This document shows positions 39,532 to 49,658 of a stretch of 64,000 nt of DNA, piece by piece (the stretch's first letter is position 1; each line of letters opens with the position of its first letter). Origin of the DNA: a virus; the IMG/VR virus record IMGVR_UViG_3300038468_000223, positions 41,512-105,511 of that record; one strand, given 5' to 3'. Made by a program: the position numbers and the translations under genes. The notes under the pieces are model-generated. The model did not search any database. It was not told the origin of the DNA and worked only from the letters and a program-made list of their open reading frames with translations.

Positions 39532-39972
39532 GTGATTTACGTCAAGGGGTCGCACATCAAGTTCGAGCTGGTCTCGGGCGAGATCCTCTCGCTGCCGAAG
39601 TCCTTCGGGATCATCCACGATCAGGAGGGCCAGGACATCCCGCGCTGCGAGGTGTACTTCGGTCCGTTCAAGGTGATCGGGCGCGACGCGGGGCTGACGC
39701 CGGCCGCACGAGCATACTTCGGCGACGCCTATCACCCCGATCGGGTGTCGGTTGACCTACCTGAAGGGTCGTGGAATCCTATCTCCGAAGTGGTGCAGAT
39801 CTTCTACAGGCGTCCGTCGGGGGTCAGAGTCGCCAAGCACACCGGCAAGTACCACCACCCGTTCAAGAAGGTGGCGAGGCCGACGTTGTTGAAGGCGGCC
39901 CACGAGCGCTTCTACAAGTTCGAGATGACGAGCTTCTGCATCATCGATGACCGAGGGTTCGTCTTTCCGTGA
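39532..39972 (+). CDS. Hypothetical protein
   Basis: Real C-terminal part of track ORF 38041-39972; start uncertain. Confidence 0.6.
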   Translation: MIYVKGSHIKFELVSGEILSLPKSFGIIHDQEGQDIPRCEVYFGPFKVIGRDAGLTPAARAYFGDAYHPDRVSVDLPEGSWNPISEVVQIFYRRPSGVRVAKHTGKYHHPFKKVARPTLLKAAHERFYKFEMTSFCIIDDRGFVFP

Positions 39973-42014
39973 AGCCCAAGAGCTACGTCGATGCGATGCG
40001 GAAGTTCCGGGGCGTGAGCAAACACGCCGCGGAGGGTCATCGCCGCCTCGTCGGATTGGCAGAGGGATCGACCTCAAATCCGCTGCGGGTTCCGGCCTCG
40101 TACGATCGTCAAGAGGAACTTCAACGATATTTGACCGAGAACTACGAAAGCTGTATCGTCCAGAAAACTGGTGGTGAGAGTGCTGCCGGTGCGCGCGACA
40201 AGACTCACTGCGCTAGGGTCGCGTGGAAGAGGGCTGAAGAGAGCGGGCGGTTTTCGGACTATCCAGCGTTCCACGGAGGAAGCAGGAACATGTCACGTCG
40301 CAACCTGAAGCCGCGCGCGCGGCGCCACGATCGGTGGGGTCGCTTCGCCGAGGTGATGGAGAGCAAGGCGCAGCGCAAGGCCGCCCGCAAGAAGTCGGAC
40401 AAGGCCGCGCACAAGGCCAAGAAGACGAGCAAGAAGGCCGCTGCCAAGCGCTCCGCGATGCAGGTCAAGGCCTCGAAGACCGCGGCGCAGGCGGAGAAGT
40501 CGTCGGCGATCTCGCGCGGCAAGGCGGAGGCGGCCAAGAAGGCTGCCGCCACCAAGGCGGAGAAGCACGCCAAGCGCGTGGCCGCCGGCAAGAAGGCGGC
40601 CGCCGCCAAGGCGGAGAAGCACGCCAAGCGCGTGGCCGCCGCCAAGAAGGCCGCGGAGACGCGCAAGAAGAACGAAGCCGCGGCTGCCAAGCCGGCGGCG
40701 AAGAACGAAGCCGCGGCTGCCAAGCCGGCGGCGAAAAAGAAGCCGAAGAAGACGGCCGCCAAGAAGCAGGCGAAGAAGGTCAAGAAGGAGAACAAGGCCA
40801 TGGCGCTGACCAACAGGCAGAAGGCGGCTCGGAAGGCCGCGAGGACGCGCGAGAAGAACCGGAAGGCCGAGGAGGAGCGCAAGGCGGCGGCCGCGCGCAA
40901 GCGTGCGCGCAAGGCCAAGGGCGGCGCCAAGAAGAGCAAGGGCACCAAGAAGAGCAAGGGCAAGAAGGGCGGCGCCAAGAAGACCGCCAAGAAGTCGAAG
41001 GGCAAGAAGGGCAAGCGCAAGGCCACCGTCGCCACCGTCCCCGGCACGCGCCGCGTGAAGGTCGGCGGGCACTCGCGCCAGGTCCCGAGCAACATCCGCA
41101 TCACCATCGGCGCCCCGGTGCACGCCCGCAAGGCGGCCAAGCGTCCGGCCAAGCGCAAGGGCGCGCGCGAGGACCTCGTGCTCGAGTCGATGTCGAACCC
41201 GATCTCCGAGGAGTACGCGCTCGAGAACCCGATGACGGGCGGCGAGATGTTCCTCGCGGCGGTCACGGGCGGCCTCGGCATCCTCGCCGCGAGCGGCCTC
41301 GATCGCTACCTCGCGACGCGCGACCAGACGCCGGCGCAGGGCCAGCCCGCGCTGACCCCGGCCGAGCAGGTCGCGTCGCCGCCGGGCATCCTGCGCGTCC
41401 TCGCCCAGGGCGGCATCGCGGCGGCGGCGTTCGTCGGCGCGTACTTCGTCCCGCAACCGATGGGCCGCGCGGCGCTGCAGGGCGCCGGCCTCGGCGCGTT
41501 CTCGCACCTCGTCGGGCAGGCCTTCATGACCTACCTCGTGCCGCGGTTCTTCAAGTCCAACGACACCGCGCGCAAGATGTTCCCCGCCGAGATCGCGGTC
41601 TACGAGCGCCTCAACCCGCCGCAGGCCACGACCACCGGGCAGCAGGGCCTGCCGATGGGCGTCGGCGGGTACCTGCCGCGCCACGGCATGGGCGTCGACC
41701 CCGCCGCCGCCATGATCGTGCGGCCGCAGAACCTCGACTACATGGGTCCGGCGCTGACGCGCAACCCGGTCGCGCCCCCGGCGCCGGCCGCGAACGGCGG
41801 CGGCGGATGTGGCCCGTGCGGCGGGTGCGGGGACCGCATCGAGCAGGGCGTCCCCAACGCGATCGAGAACGTCGCCAACGCCGCCAACGCGCCTGCCTCC
41901 ACGTCCGAGACCCTCTCGAGCGTGATGAGCGCGACGCGCGACGCGGTCTGCAACCCCGGCCTCGCCGGCACGAGCCGCTGGTACAACGCCGTCACCTTCG
42001 CGCCGGAGCACTGA
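39969..42014 (+). CDS. Lys/Ala-rich histone-H1-like putative core protein with ChaB-like N-terminus and membrane C-terminus (possible internal start 40290)
   Basis: About 270 aa of K/A repeats (AEKHAKRVAA x2, KNEAAAAKPAA x2); SNP..ENP followed by hydrophobic helices. Confidence 0.75.
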   Translation: MKPKSYVDAMRKFRGVSKHAAEGHRRLVGLAEGSTSNPLRVPASYDRQEELQRYLTENYESCIVQKTGGESAAGARDKTHCARVAWKRAEESGRFSDYPAFHGGSRNMSRRNLKPRARRHDRWGRFAEVMESKAQRKAARKKSDKAAHKAKKTSKKAAAKRSAMQVKASKTAAQAEKSSAISRGKAEAAKKAAATKAEKHAKRVAAGKKAAAAKAEKHAKRVAAAKKAAETRKKNEAAAAKPAAKNEAAAAKPAAKKKPKKTAAKKQAKKVKKENKAMALTNRQKAARKAARTREKNRKAEEERKAAAARKRARKAKGGAKKSKGTKKSKGKKGGAKKTAKKSKGKKGKRKATVATVPGTRRVKVGGHSRQVPSNIRITIGAPVHARKAAKRPAKRKGAREDLVLESMSNPISEEYALENPMTGGEMFLAAVTGGLGILAASGLDRYLATRDQTPAQGQPALTPAEQVASPPGILRVLAQGGIAAAAFVGAYFVPQPMGRAALQGAGLGAFSHLVGQAFMTYLVPRFFKSNDTARKMFPAEIAVYERLNPPQATTTGQQGLPMGVGGYLPRHGMGVDPAAAMIVRPQNLDYMGPALTRNPVAPPAPAANGGGGCGPCGGCGDRIEQGVPNAIENVANAANAPASTSETLSSVMSATRDAVCNPGLAGTSRWYNAVTFAPEH

Positions 42015-42078
42015 AGGAATTTCCAACGGCTTGCGTCTTGACTGATGTCGGCAGGCCAGAAGGAAGAGGGAACGAAAG

Positions 42079-43413
42079 ATGAACCCGTCGAACCAGATCA
42101 ACGTCAAGTCCGCATCGAAGTTCTACCGCGAGATGGGCCTCGGGCAGCCGCCCGACGCCTACGTCTCCGGCCCGCGCACCGCCGACGGCCAGCTCGCCGG
42201 CCCCGTGGGCATCGGCGACATGATGGACGCCGTCAAGAAGGCGCTCGAGGTCAACTTCCTGCAGGTCCCGGTCATCGAGTACGTGGCGTGGACCACGACC
42301 GTGCCGCTGACCGACGCGCAGGTGACCAGCACCTTCGGCGACACCATCAACCCGCTCGGCGGGGCGGCGCAGGTGCCCGGCATCCTGAGCGTCGACAGCT
42401 CGTTCGTCATCAACGGGCTGCTGCAGGTGGACATGATCTGCCTCGGGTTCGGGGTGCACATCTTCGGCGAGCCGCTGGCCTTCACGGTGCCCGGCAACTC
42501 GATCGAGCCGGCGCCGGCGAACGGCACCGCGCCGCTGGTCAGCCCCGACGTGTTCACCCAGAACGACCTCGCCAACGGCGCGCTCGGCGCCACGAGCGGG
42601 ATCAACCCCGCCACGATGGAGTGGGGCGTCGCCGACTGGAACGCCGCCTGGCACATGGCCAACGGCTACGAGTTCCAGTGGCTCTACCAGCAGCGCCACC
42701 TGCTCGTGAAGGAGCTGGCCGCCGACGTCTGCTACTTCGGCCCGTACGCCGAGGCGCTCGCCGCCGGCACCAGCGACATCGAGGTGCAGCAGTACATCCG
42801 GCAGGTGAACGACACCTACCGGACCCAGGGCGGCGGCGGCATCTTCGCCCCCATCAACTGGCGCCGCGTCGGGTCGGCCACGGTCAACCAGAACAACGTC
42901 GGCATCTTCCGCGCGACGCGCGACTTCGACCAGGCCAACTGCACCTGGGGCGGCATCCGCAACCAGGGCGCGACCGGCTGCTGCAACCCGTTCCGGCGCC
43001 TGTCGCGCCCGGTCCTCCTCGAGAAGGGCATCCCCATCGGGATGCAGCTCGTGGCCAAGGACCAGTACCACCAGGCGCAGATGCAGCGCTACCTCTCGAT
43101 CAGCGAGAGCCAGGGCGGCAACCTCGCGACGGTCGCGTACGACCAGAGCGTCGGCGCCGGTGGCCTCGCGGGCACCGGCGTCTCGCCGGTCGGCCTCGAG
43201 CTGACGCTCGACGCGAACCCGGTCCCCGTGCCGCAGCGGGTCCAGACCAACCGCGTGCTCTACAAGGGCGGCACCATCAAGGTGGCCATCCTGATCAAGG
43301 GCTACGAGGTGACCGGCGAGTGGAAGCAGCTCGTCGCGAGCTACCCCGGCGTCCTCAACGTCGGGGGCGTTCAGGGCATGAGCGGCGTGGGAGCGGCGGC
43401 CCTGCACCGCTGA
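42079..43413 (+). CDS. Probable major capsid protein (beta-rich, jelly-roll candidate)
   Basis: 444 aa, strongly GC3-biased codons, no TM, follows core protein; no HK97 neighbourhood genes. Fold is inferred. Confidence 0.55.
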   Translation: MNPSNQINVKSASKFYREMGLGQPPDAYVSGPRTADGQLAGPVGIGDMMDAVKKALEVNFLQVPVIEYVAWTTTVPLTDAQVTSTFGDTINPLGGAAQVPGILSVDSSFVINGLLQVDMICLGFGVHIFGEPLAFTVPGNSIEPAPANGTAPLVSPDVFTQNDLANGALGATSGINPATMEWGVADWNAAWHMANGYEFQWLYQQRHLLVKELAADVCYFGPYAEALAAGTSDIEVQQYIRQVNDTYRTQGGGGIFAPINWRRVGSATVNQNNVGIFRATRDFDQANCTWGGIRNQGATGCCNPFRRLSRPVLLEKGIPIGMQLVAKDQYHQAQMQRYLSISESQGGNLATVAYDQSVGAGGLAGTGVSPVGLELTLDANPVPVPQRVQTNRVLYKGGTIKVAILIKGYEVTGEWKQLVASYPGVLNVGGVQGMSGVGAAALHR

Positions 43414-43499
43414 TCGAACCGCTCCGCGCTCGTTGAGAGGGTGCCGGCGGCCCGAGAGGGGGCACCGGCACCCTTTCTTCTAGAGGGAAAGGAAAGGCC

Positions 43500-44102
43500 A
43501 TGGAGCCCACGTCGATCGATCTCCAGCGACTCGCTCTGTACGACCCCATCGCGGCGTACGGGATCTTGCTCGGCCTCAAGCGGGTGCCGTTCCACATCCC
43601 GATCAGTGCCACGTTCTCCTCGTTCACCGTGCCGCAGCAGGCGATCCAGGGCAACCAGACCGTCACGCTCGCGCAGCGGACGTGGATCGAGAAGATCAAC
43701 TACAGCCTCGCGCTGCCGAACTGCTTCGCCGGCAACATCTTCAAGCCGCAGTTCGACGCCTACCTCAAGATGCACCCCGGCATCAGCGTCCAGCTCGCGG
43801 TGCTCAGCGGGCCGCGCTACCTCACGTCGCCGGTCTTCGTCGCGCTCGAGAACATGGCCGACATGTTCAACTCGAGCTGGCCGGCCGGCTGGCCGCTCGA
43901 CAAGCTGCAGGCGCTGCAGATGACCTTCCAGCTCACGCAGGCGCCCGCGACCGCGCCCAACGTGCCGCCGTACAACGTCGAGGTCGTCTTCACGTGCTGG
44001 CAGTTCCTCGACCAGACGATCGACAACGTCAGCGAGGAGGAGGCGCGCGAGGCGCTCCGCAGGGCCGGGCTCTGCACCCCGCTGGTGTGCCGAAAGGACT
44101 GA
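43500..44102 (+). CDS. Putative second capsid protein (single jelly-roll size)
   Basis: 200 aa of alternating beta strands, directly after MCP candidate. Confidence 0.5.
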   Translation: MEPTSIDLQRLALYDPIAAYGILLGLKRVPFHIPISATFSSFTVPQQAIQGNQTVTLAQRTWIEKINYSLALPNCFAGNIFKPQFDAYLKMHPGISVQLAVLSGPRYLTSPVFVALENMADMFNSSWPAGWPLDKLQALQMTFQLTQAPATAPNVPPYNVEVVFTCWQFLDQTIDNVSEEEAREALRRAGLCTPLVCRKD

Positions 44103-44105
44103 CCG

Positions 44106-44927
44106 ATGCGCGGACGCCGCTTCGAGGTCTCGACGTACGGGTTCGACGCTGATCTGCAGCTCCTCAGCTCGGATCCGTACGGCGGCGCCGCCTCGCTCGG
44201 TCTCGCCGTACCCGCGACGCTGCCCACCGACCCGGCGCAGCGCTACCTCTTCCTCCTCGCGCAAGCGGAGTTCGGGCCGAACGTGAAGGGGCGCGTCGTC
44301 GGCCTGCGGCAGTACCTCGAGATCGGGACCTACGTGGACAACCAGGGCGGCTGCTCGTACCCGCTGTCTCTCGAGGTGACGTCGCCGAGGTGGCGCTTCA
44401 TCGACGGCAACGTGTCGTGGCACCTCACGCGGGTCGACCCGACCCTGTACCGCAACGAGCACCCGAACGACGCAGAGGGGCTGCAGTTCGCCGACTCCAC
44501 GACGCCGGCGCTGATCTTCCAGGTCCCGCCCGCCGACTACCACGGACCGAACGGCGGCAGACCGTACGGGACCGCCGTCGACCCGCAGCTCTCGTGCTTC
44601 TACGACCTGCGCTACCCGTGGAACAACGACGACGCGCAGTACCTCGACGACGAGTTCGAGGGGCCGTGCCGGATCGCGTTCTGGGCGAGCGTCCTGCAGA
44701 CCGACCCGAACGCGCGCTGCACGCTCGCCCTGCCGGGCAACGTCACCACGCTCATGATCCCGCCGGAGGACGCGTTCGTCGTGAACTTCCCGAACAGCGT
44801 CTACACGCGGGTGGCGGGGAGCATCATCTTCGAGACGGAGAACATGATCGAGCTGCCGCGCGATCTCGTCGAGCAGCGCGCCAAGTTCGATCGCTGCGGG
44901 CGCCCCGATCCGCGGATGCCCAGGTGA
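44106..44927 (+). CDS. Putative minor capsid/penton-like protein
   Basis: Beta-rich, co-transcribed with capsid candidates. Confidence 0.45.
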   Translation: MRGRRFEVSTYGFDADLQLLSSDPYGGAASLGLAVPATLPTDPAQRYLFLLAQAEFGPNVKGRVVGLRQYLEIGTYVDNQGGCSYPLSLEVTSPRWRFIDGNVSWHLTRVDPTLYRNEHPNDAEGLQFADSTTPALIFQVPPADYHGPNGGRPYGTAVDPQLSCFYDLRYPWNNDDAQYLDDEFEGPCRIAFWASVLQTDPNARCTLALPGNVTTLMIPPEDAFVVNFPNSVYTRVAGSIIFETENMIELPRDLVEQRAKFDRCGRPDPRMPR

Positions 44928-44944
44928 AAGGGACGAGGGACACC

Positions 44945-46309
44945 ATGACGACCTATCGAGTGGGCATCGGGGAGACTCCGGAGAGCATCGCGCGGCGGTT
45001 CGGCGGCACGACGAAGGCGCTGCTGAACGCGAACCCGCAGGCTCACCGCGTGCGCGACGGCAAGATGACCTTCCTGGGCTTCGGGGCGGGGCAGCAGATC
45101 AAGCTGCCGGCGCAGTGGAGCCGCCGACGCCAGGGCCCCGGCGCCCCCTCCTTCAAGGTGGTCGCCGGCGGGGTCTTCGTCGACCCGCAGATCGCGCTGG
45201 CGGTGTGCCAGGGCGGGTGGAGCGGCGTGCCCTCGAGCTGGCCGTCTGCGATCACACAGCAAGCTGTCCTGATCAACGGTCAGGCGAGCACCGGCGACAT
45301 CAACTACGTCTACTACGACGGCAAGCTCTACGAGTTCACCTCGGGTGGCGGCAACACGTGGATCAGCCGCGTGTGCTCGAGCCCCGTCGCCTCCAAGATC
45401 CCCGGCGCGGGGCAGCAGATCAAGCTGCCGGCGCAGTGGAGCCGCCGACGCCAGGGCCTCGGCGCCCCCTCCTTCAAGGTGGTCGCCGGCGGGGTCTTCG
45501 TCGACCCGCAGATCGCGCTGGCGGTGTGCCAGGGCGGGTGGAGCGGCGTGCCCTCGAGCTGGCCGTCGCCCATGACCGACCAGGCCCGCGCCATCAACGG
45601 GCAGGCCTCGGACGGCGACATCAACTACGTCTACTACGACGGCAAGCTCTACGAGTTCACCAGCCGCTCCGGCGGCGGCTTCTCCATGAACACGTGGATC
45701 AGCCGCGTGTGCTCGAGCCCCGTCGCCTCCAAGATCCCCGGCGTCGTCCTCTCCAGCACCGGGCCCAACCCCACCACCCCAGTGACCCCCGTCGTTCTGC
45801 CAGTCAACTACAAGATCCCCGGCTCGACGACCACGCCGACGACGACGACCTCCCCTTCGTCGTCGAACGCGGTGCCGATCGCGATCGGCATCGCGGCGCT
45901 CGCCGCGGGCGTCGGGCTCGCGTACCTCGTCTCTAGGAAGAAGAAGGAAGAGGAGATGGGGGTGGTCCCGGCGACGGTGCCGGCGACGGAGGAGTGCGGA
46001 GCCTGCGCCGAGTCGTACGAGAACCCGGTGCTGACGTTGCAATGGAGTCGTGCCACCGGAAGTGACAACGTGTGGCGCGGCACCGGAAGGGTGAGTGCTA
46101 CGACATACGTATACGTTGTCACGGAATGGCAGGGTGGGTTCTATGTGACACGGTACGACGATGAGTACGACGATGAGTACCCAGTGGGTACGCGTTTCGC
46201 GAGTTTGGTGGCGGCGCAACAAGCGGCCGAAGCCGATTTTCAGCATCTGCGTCGCAGGGTCGCGGCCATAAAGGGAGCCCATGCTCGACGCGCAGCTCGT
46301 CGTCACTGA
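44945..46309 (+). CDS. LysM-like domain protein with tandem 107-aa repeat, TM helix and ENP-linked C-terminal module
   Basis: YRVGIGETPESIARRFG...LLNANP...GQQIKLP. Confidence 0.75.
   Translation: MTTYRVGIGETPESIARRFGGTTKALLNANPQAHRVRDGKMTFLGFGAGQQIKLPAQWSRRRQGPGAPSFKVVAGGVFVDPQIALAVCQGGWSGVPSSWPSAITQQAVLINGQASTGDINYVYYDGKLYEFTSGGGNTWISRVCSSPVASKIPGAGQQIKLPAQWSRRRQGLGAPSFKVVAGGVFVDPQIALAVCQGGWSGVPSSWPSPMTDQARAINGQASDGDINYVYYDGKLYEFTSRSGGGFSMNTWISRVCSSPVASKIPGVVLSSTGPNPTTPVTPVVLPVNYKIPGSTTTPTTTTSPSSSNAVPIAIGIAALAAGVGLAYLVSRKKKEEEMGVVPATVPATEECGACAESYENPVLTLQWSRATGSDNVWRGTGRVSATTYVYVVTEWQGGFYVTRYDDEYDDEYPVGTRFASLVAAQQAAEADFQHLRRRVAAIKGAHARRAARRH
45086..45742 (+). repeat. In-frame tandem duplication, period 321 bp
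   Basis: 45086-45406 and 45407-45742 nearly identical. Confidence 0.95.
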
Positions 46310-46321
46310 AGGAGATCCATC

Positions 46322-46735
46322 ATGGCCGATACCGTCGTCGTTCAGCCGCCGCAGAAGGAGAGCAGCGCGATCCCCTTCATCCTCGTCGGGGTCGCCGGGG
46401 CCGTCGCCGGCGCGTTCCTCTACGCGATGGCGATGAAGAAGCGCCACACGTCGCTCCTCGGCTTCGAGCCCGTACTCGAGGAGCGCCGCCACGCCAAGCG
46501 GCTCACCGCCGCGCAGCGCCGGAACCTCCCGCGCTCGGCGTTCGCGCTGCCCGACCGCGATCCGCCGGACCTCCCGCTCGACAAGTGCAGCCGCGTCGCG
46601 AACGCGCCCGCGCGGCTCTCGATGATGAGGCACAAGCATCACGTGACCAAGCGCGAGTACCAACAGGCCGCGCGCCGCATCCTGCACGCCTCGCGCCGGT
46701 GCGGCATCCACAGCCAGTTCGAAGGGCGGTTCTGA
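46322..46735 (+). CDS. TM protein with DUF6582-like domain
   Basis: LTAAQRRNLPRSAFALP.R...PLD....ANA.ARL. Confidence 0.65.
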   Translation: MADTVVVQPPQKESSAIPFILVGVAGAVAGAFLYAMAMKKRHTSLLGFEPVLEERRHAKRLTAAQRRNLPRSAFALPDRDPPDLPLDKCSRVANAPARLSMMRHKHHVTKREYQQAARRILHASRRCGIHSQFEGRF

Positions 46736-46738
46736 GTC

Positions 46739-47164
46739 GTGGCCACCACCACCACCACGACCACCGCCGTCGCGCCCGCAGCGTCGTCGAGCCCCTCGCT
46801 CGTGCGGTGCGCGGACGGGTCCCTCGTCGCTCCGGGGCAGCCGTGCCCGGAGAAGAGGAGCTGGATGCCGTGGATCGTGGGGGCGGTGGCCGTGGTGGCA
46901 GGAGTCGGCGCCGCCTACTGGATCGCGCGGCAGAAGGGTCTCGTGGCGCGCGAAGCGGCCGAGCCGACTCGAGTGCTGAGGTGGCTCCCGGGGCGCCAGG
47001 GCGTCGTCGCCCACAGCGAGGTCGGGACCTACCGGATCACGGGCCAGGACGAGGGCGGTGGCCCCTACGAGCTTCACCTCGGCTCGACGTCTCTCGGCAA
47101 CCACCGGAAGTACAAGGACGCGAAGGACGCCGCCAAGGCGGACTACGACAGGAGAACGCGATGA
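46739..47164 (+). CDS. Single-TM putative virion protein
   Basis: TM followed by AREA and a small beta-beta-beta-alpha module. Confidence 0.65.
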   Translation: MATTTTTTTAVAPAASSSPSLVRCADGSLVAPGQPCPEKRSWMPWIVGAVAVVAGVGAAYWIARQKGLVAREAAEPTRVLRWLPGRQGVVAHSEVGTYRITGQDEGGGPYELHLGSTSLGNHRKYKDAKDAAKADYDRRTR

Positions 47165-47439
47165 GCCTCGCCGTCGACAGCGCGCGCTGTGTCGAACTCG
47201 CTCAGGCGGCGATCGAGTCGCTCGCCGAGCGGATGAAGAAGTCACAGCGGCTGCAGAACCAGTACAAGCGGATCATGTCGCGCCTCGACGCGGCCGAACG
47301 CAAGAAGAACGAGGCGGAGAGCAGGATGCTCGAGGAGCAGCGCGCCCTCGCGGCCTTCTTCGGCGTCTCGAAGAAGGCGACGGCCGAGGAGCTGACCACC
47401 ATCGCAAGGGCGCTGCGCAGCGCCATGAAGGGTCGGTGA
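47161..47439 (+). CDS. Coiled-coil hypothetical protein
   Basis: ATGA overlap, AGGAG SD. Confidence 0.55.
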   Translation: MSLAVDSARCVELAQAAIESLAERMKKSQRLQNQYKRIMSRLDAAERKKNEAESRMLEEQRALAAFFGVSKKATAEELTTIARALRSAMKGR

Positions 47440-47442
47440 TCC

Positions 47443-47913
47443 ATGAGCAACATCAGGCAGTATGCGGCGCCGTTCATCCCGACCGTCTCCAATACGCGGG
47501 GCGAATCAGCCTACTCGGCCGCCACGAACGTCGGCGATCGACTCAGCGACGCGCAGGTCGGGCCCAACAGCCCGATCTCGTTCCAGTTGGGGACGGCGCT
47601 GACCTCGCGGACGGGCGGGCGCTTTCGCATCTCGGCCACCATCTCCGGCACCACCTCGGTCGCCGGCGACGCCGTCTCCGTGCAGCTCGCACATACCATC
47701 CAAGGCGTCGGACCCACGCTCTTCGGACCGGTCGTGACCGTGAAATCTGGTGCGGCGACGGGCGAGTGGTCGGCGACGATCGAGGCGCTGACCCCCGCGG
47801 TCACCGCCGGGCAGACACTCCTGCCGGTAGTGGTTGTCACGGAACTCGGTGCCGGCACCGTGACTTCCCCCGCGGGAGCCGCGTACATCATGGCCGAAGA
47901 ACTGCCTGCCTAA
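47443..47913 (+). CDS. Beta-rich structural protein, 'EELP' paralog 1
   Basis: TRG.SA..AA.N, G(R/K)FR(I/L), C-terminal EELPA. Confidence 0.7.
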   Translation: MSNIRQYAAPFIPTVSNTRGESAYSAATNVGDRLSDAQVGPNSPISFQLGTALTSRTGGRFRISATISGTTSVAGDAVSVQLAHTIQGVGPTLFGPVVTVKSGAATGEWSATIEALTPAVTAGQTLLPVVVVTELGAGTVTSPAGAAYIMAEELPA

Positions 47914-47928
47914 AGGAAGGGAAGGATC

Positions 47929-48984
47929 ATGCCCGTTCAGTGCCCCCAAGGAGTTCCGCAGGCCGCGTGCGACACGCTCGGCGGCCTCCTGCAGGCTCAG
48001 GGCGTCAACCCGCAGGGGTGGGACGCCTCGAACGTCGCGACGACGCTCCAGCAGTGGTACGCCACGATGTCGAAGCAGAACCCCAACGTCCCGCCGGCGC
48101 TACCCCCCAACGCCGCCGACTACGCCCTGCCCCCCTTCGCGAGCGTGCTGCCGTCGGTCCTGTCGTACTGGACCAACGTCGGCTACCGCAACCCGGGGAT
48201 CATGGGCAACGTCAACCCCGCCGCGTGGACCTTCCCGTGGCAGTACGTGAGCCCCCAAGCCACGGACTGGAAGCAGGCGACCGTCACCGCGCTCGGATCG
48301 ATGCTCGGTGACCCGAACGCGCTACCCGGCCTGCTCAAGGGTCAGCTCCCGCCGTTCGATCCGACCAAGATCAACTGGCAGCAGTTCGGCATCGCGCCGA
48401 TCGCGAGCGACCCGAACACGTTCGCGAACACCGCCAACGGCGTCGGGCAGCTCACGCCCGTCATGCAGGACTTCTTGACGAGGGCTGCGGCGTGCAACCT
48501 CCTGCAGAAGTCCGCGACCGAGGTGCAGCAGGCCTGGTCCGACTTCGTGTCCTTCGGCAAGGACCCCTGCGCGACCGCGCAGCCTCAGCAGCAGCTCCCG
48601 CCGGTCATCATCCAGCCGATCCCGGTCCCGCCCCCGACGGCCCCGCCGACGACGACCACGACGCCGGCGACGTCGAACGGCGCCCTCATCGTGGTCGGCG
48701 TGGTGGGGCTCGGCGCCGTCGGCGTGCTCCTCTACATGCTCGCCAAGAGCAGGCCCACCGCCGCCGCCGTCCCCCGCCCCGCCGAGGCCTCCGAGGAGGA
48801 AGACGCGCACCAGCACTCGTTCTGGCGCGGCTGGAACATCGTCGTCGAGCCCCGCGGCCGAGGCGCGTGGCACGCGTACGCGATGCGCCCGCAGACCAAC
48901 AAGACCTTCAAGGCCACCGCGCGTTCGAGCTACGATGCGGTGGAGGCGGTCAAGCACAAGATCGCCCACCACTACAGGAGCTGA
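47929..48984 (+). CDS. Single-TM putative virion protein with C-terminal RGW module
   Basis: Pro/Gln-rich ectodomain, TM, FWRGWNIVV. Confidence 0.7.
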   Translation: MPVQCPQGVPQAACDTLGGLLQAQGVNPQGWDASNVATTLQQWYATMSKQNPNVPPALPPNAADYALPPFASVLPSVLSYWTNVGYRNPGIMGNVNPAAWTFPWQYVSPQATDWKQATVTALGSMLGDPNALPGLLKGQLPPFDPTKINWQQFGIAPIASDPNTFANTANGVGQLTPVMQDFLTRAAACNLLQKSATEVQQAWSDFVSFGKDPCATAQPQQQLPPVIIQPIPVPPPTAPPTTTTTPATSNGALIVVGVVGLGAVGVLLYMLAKSRPTAAAVPRPAEASEEEDAHQHSFWRGWNIVVEPRGRGAWHAYAMRPQTNKTFKATARSSYDAVEAVKHKIAHHYRS

Positions 48985-48987
48985 GCG

Positions 48988-49173
48988 ATGAAGACCGAGA
49001 AGATCACCCTCATGTGCCAGGGCAAGTGCCCGCGCTGCCCCGAGATCACGATCCGCGAGGACGGATCGGCCGTCATCGAGGACAACGACGTCGATCCGCC
49101 GCAGCGCATCGAACTCAAGGACCGGGAGCAGGTCGTGCTGCTCAGGGACTTCCTCATCAAGAAGACCACGTAG
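48988..49173 (+). CDS. Small hypothetical protein
   Basis: C...C..CPEI, AGGAG SD. Confidence 0.55.
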   Translation: MKTEKITLMCQGKCPRCPEITIREDGSAVIEDNDVDPPQRIELKDREQVVLLRDFLIKKTT

Positions 49174-49186
49174 GAAGGAGACCATC

Positions 49187-49645
49187 ATGGGCAGGGAACG
49201 ACAGATCTTCATCCCGCAGCCGGGCGCCGACCCCACCACGCGCGGGAACGCGGCCTTCACCGCGGGCGCCAACAACGGAGAGGCGATCAACGCCGCGCAG
49301 ATCGGCCCCGCCGCGCCGGCGGTGCAGACGGGCGCCGTGACGCTCACGCCGCGCGTGAGCGGCAAGTTCCGCCTGACGGCCTCGGTCTCTGGCGTCACCG
49401 CCGCCGACGCGGACGTGACCGGCACGTTCCGCGCGAACGCCGCCGCGCTCAACAACACGATGCCGCCGCTGGCGGTCGTGACGTCGGGCGGCGCGACGCA
49501 CCGCTTCGCCCTCGACATGGAGGTGATCACGAGGGCGTACGCGCTCGGGACGCCGGTCGCCTTCGATCTCAACATCGCCTCGACGCAGAACATCACCATC
49601 GCGATCGGGCAGGCGACCTTCACCGCCGAAGAGCTGCCGGCCTGA
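49187..49645 (+). CDS. Beta-rich structural protein, 'EELP' paralog 2
   Basis: Highly similar to 49659-50123. Confidence 0.75.
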   Translation: MGRERQIFIPQPGADPTTRGNAAFTAGANNGEAINAAQIGPAAPAVQTGAVTLTPRVSGKFRLTASVSGVTAADADVTGTFRANAAALNNTMPPLAVVTSGGATHRFALDMEVITRAYALGTPVAFDLNIASTQNITIAIGQATFTAEELPA

Positions 49646-49658
49646 AAGGAGCTGCATC

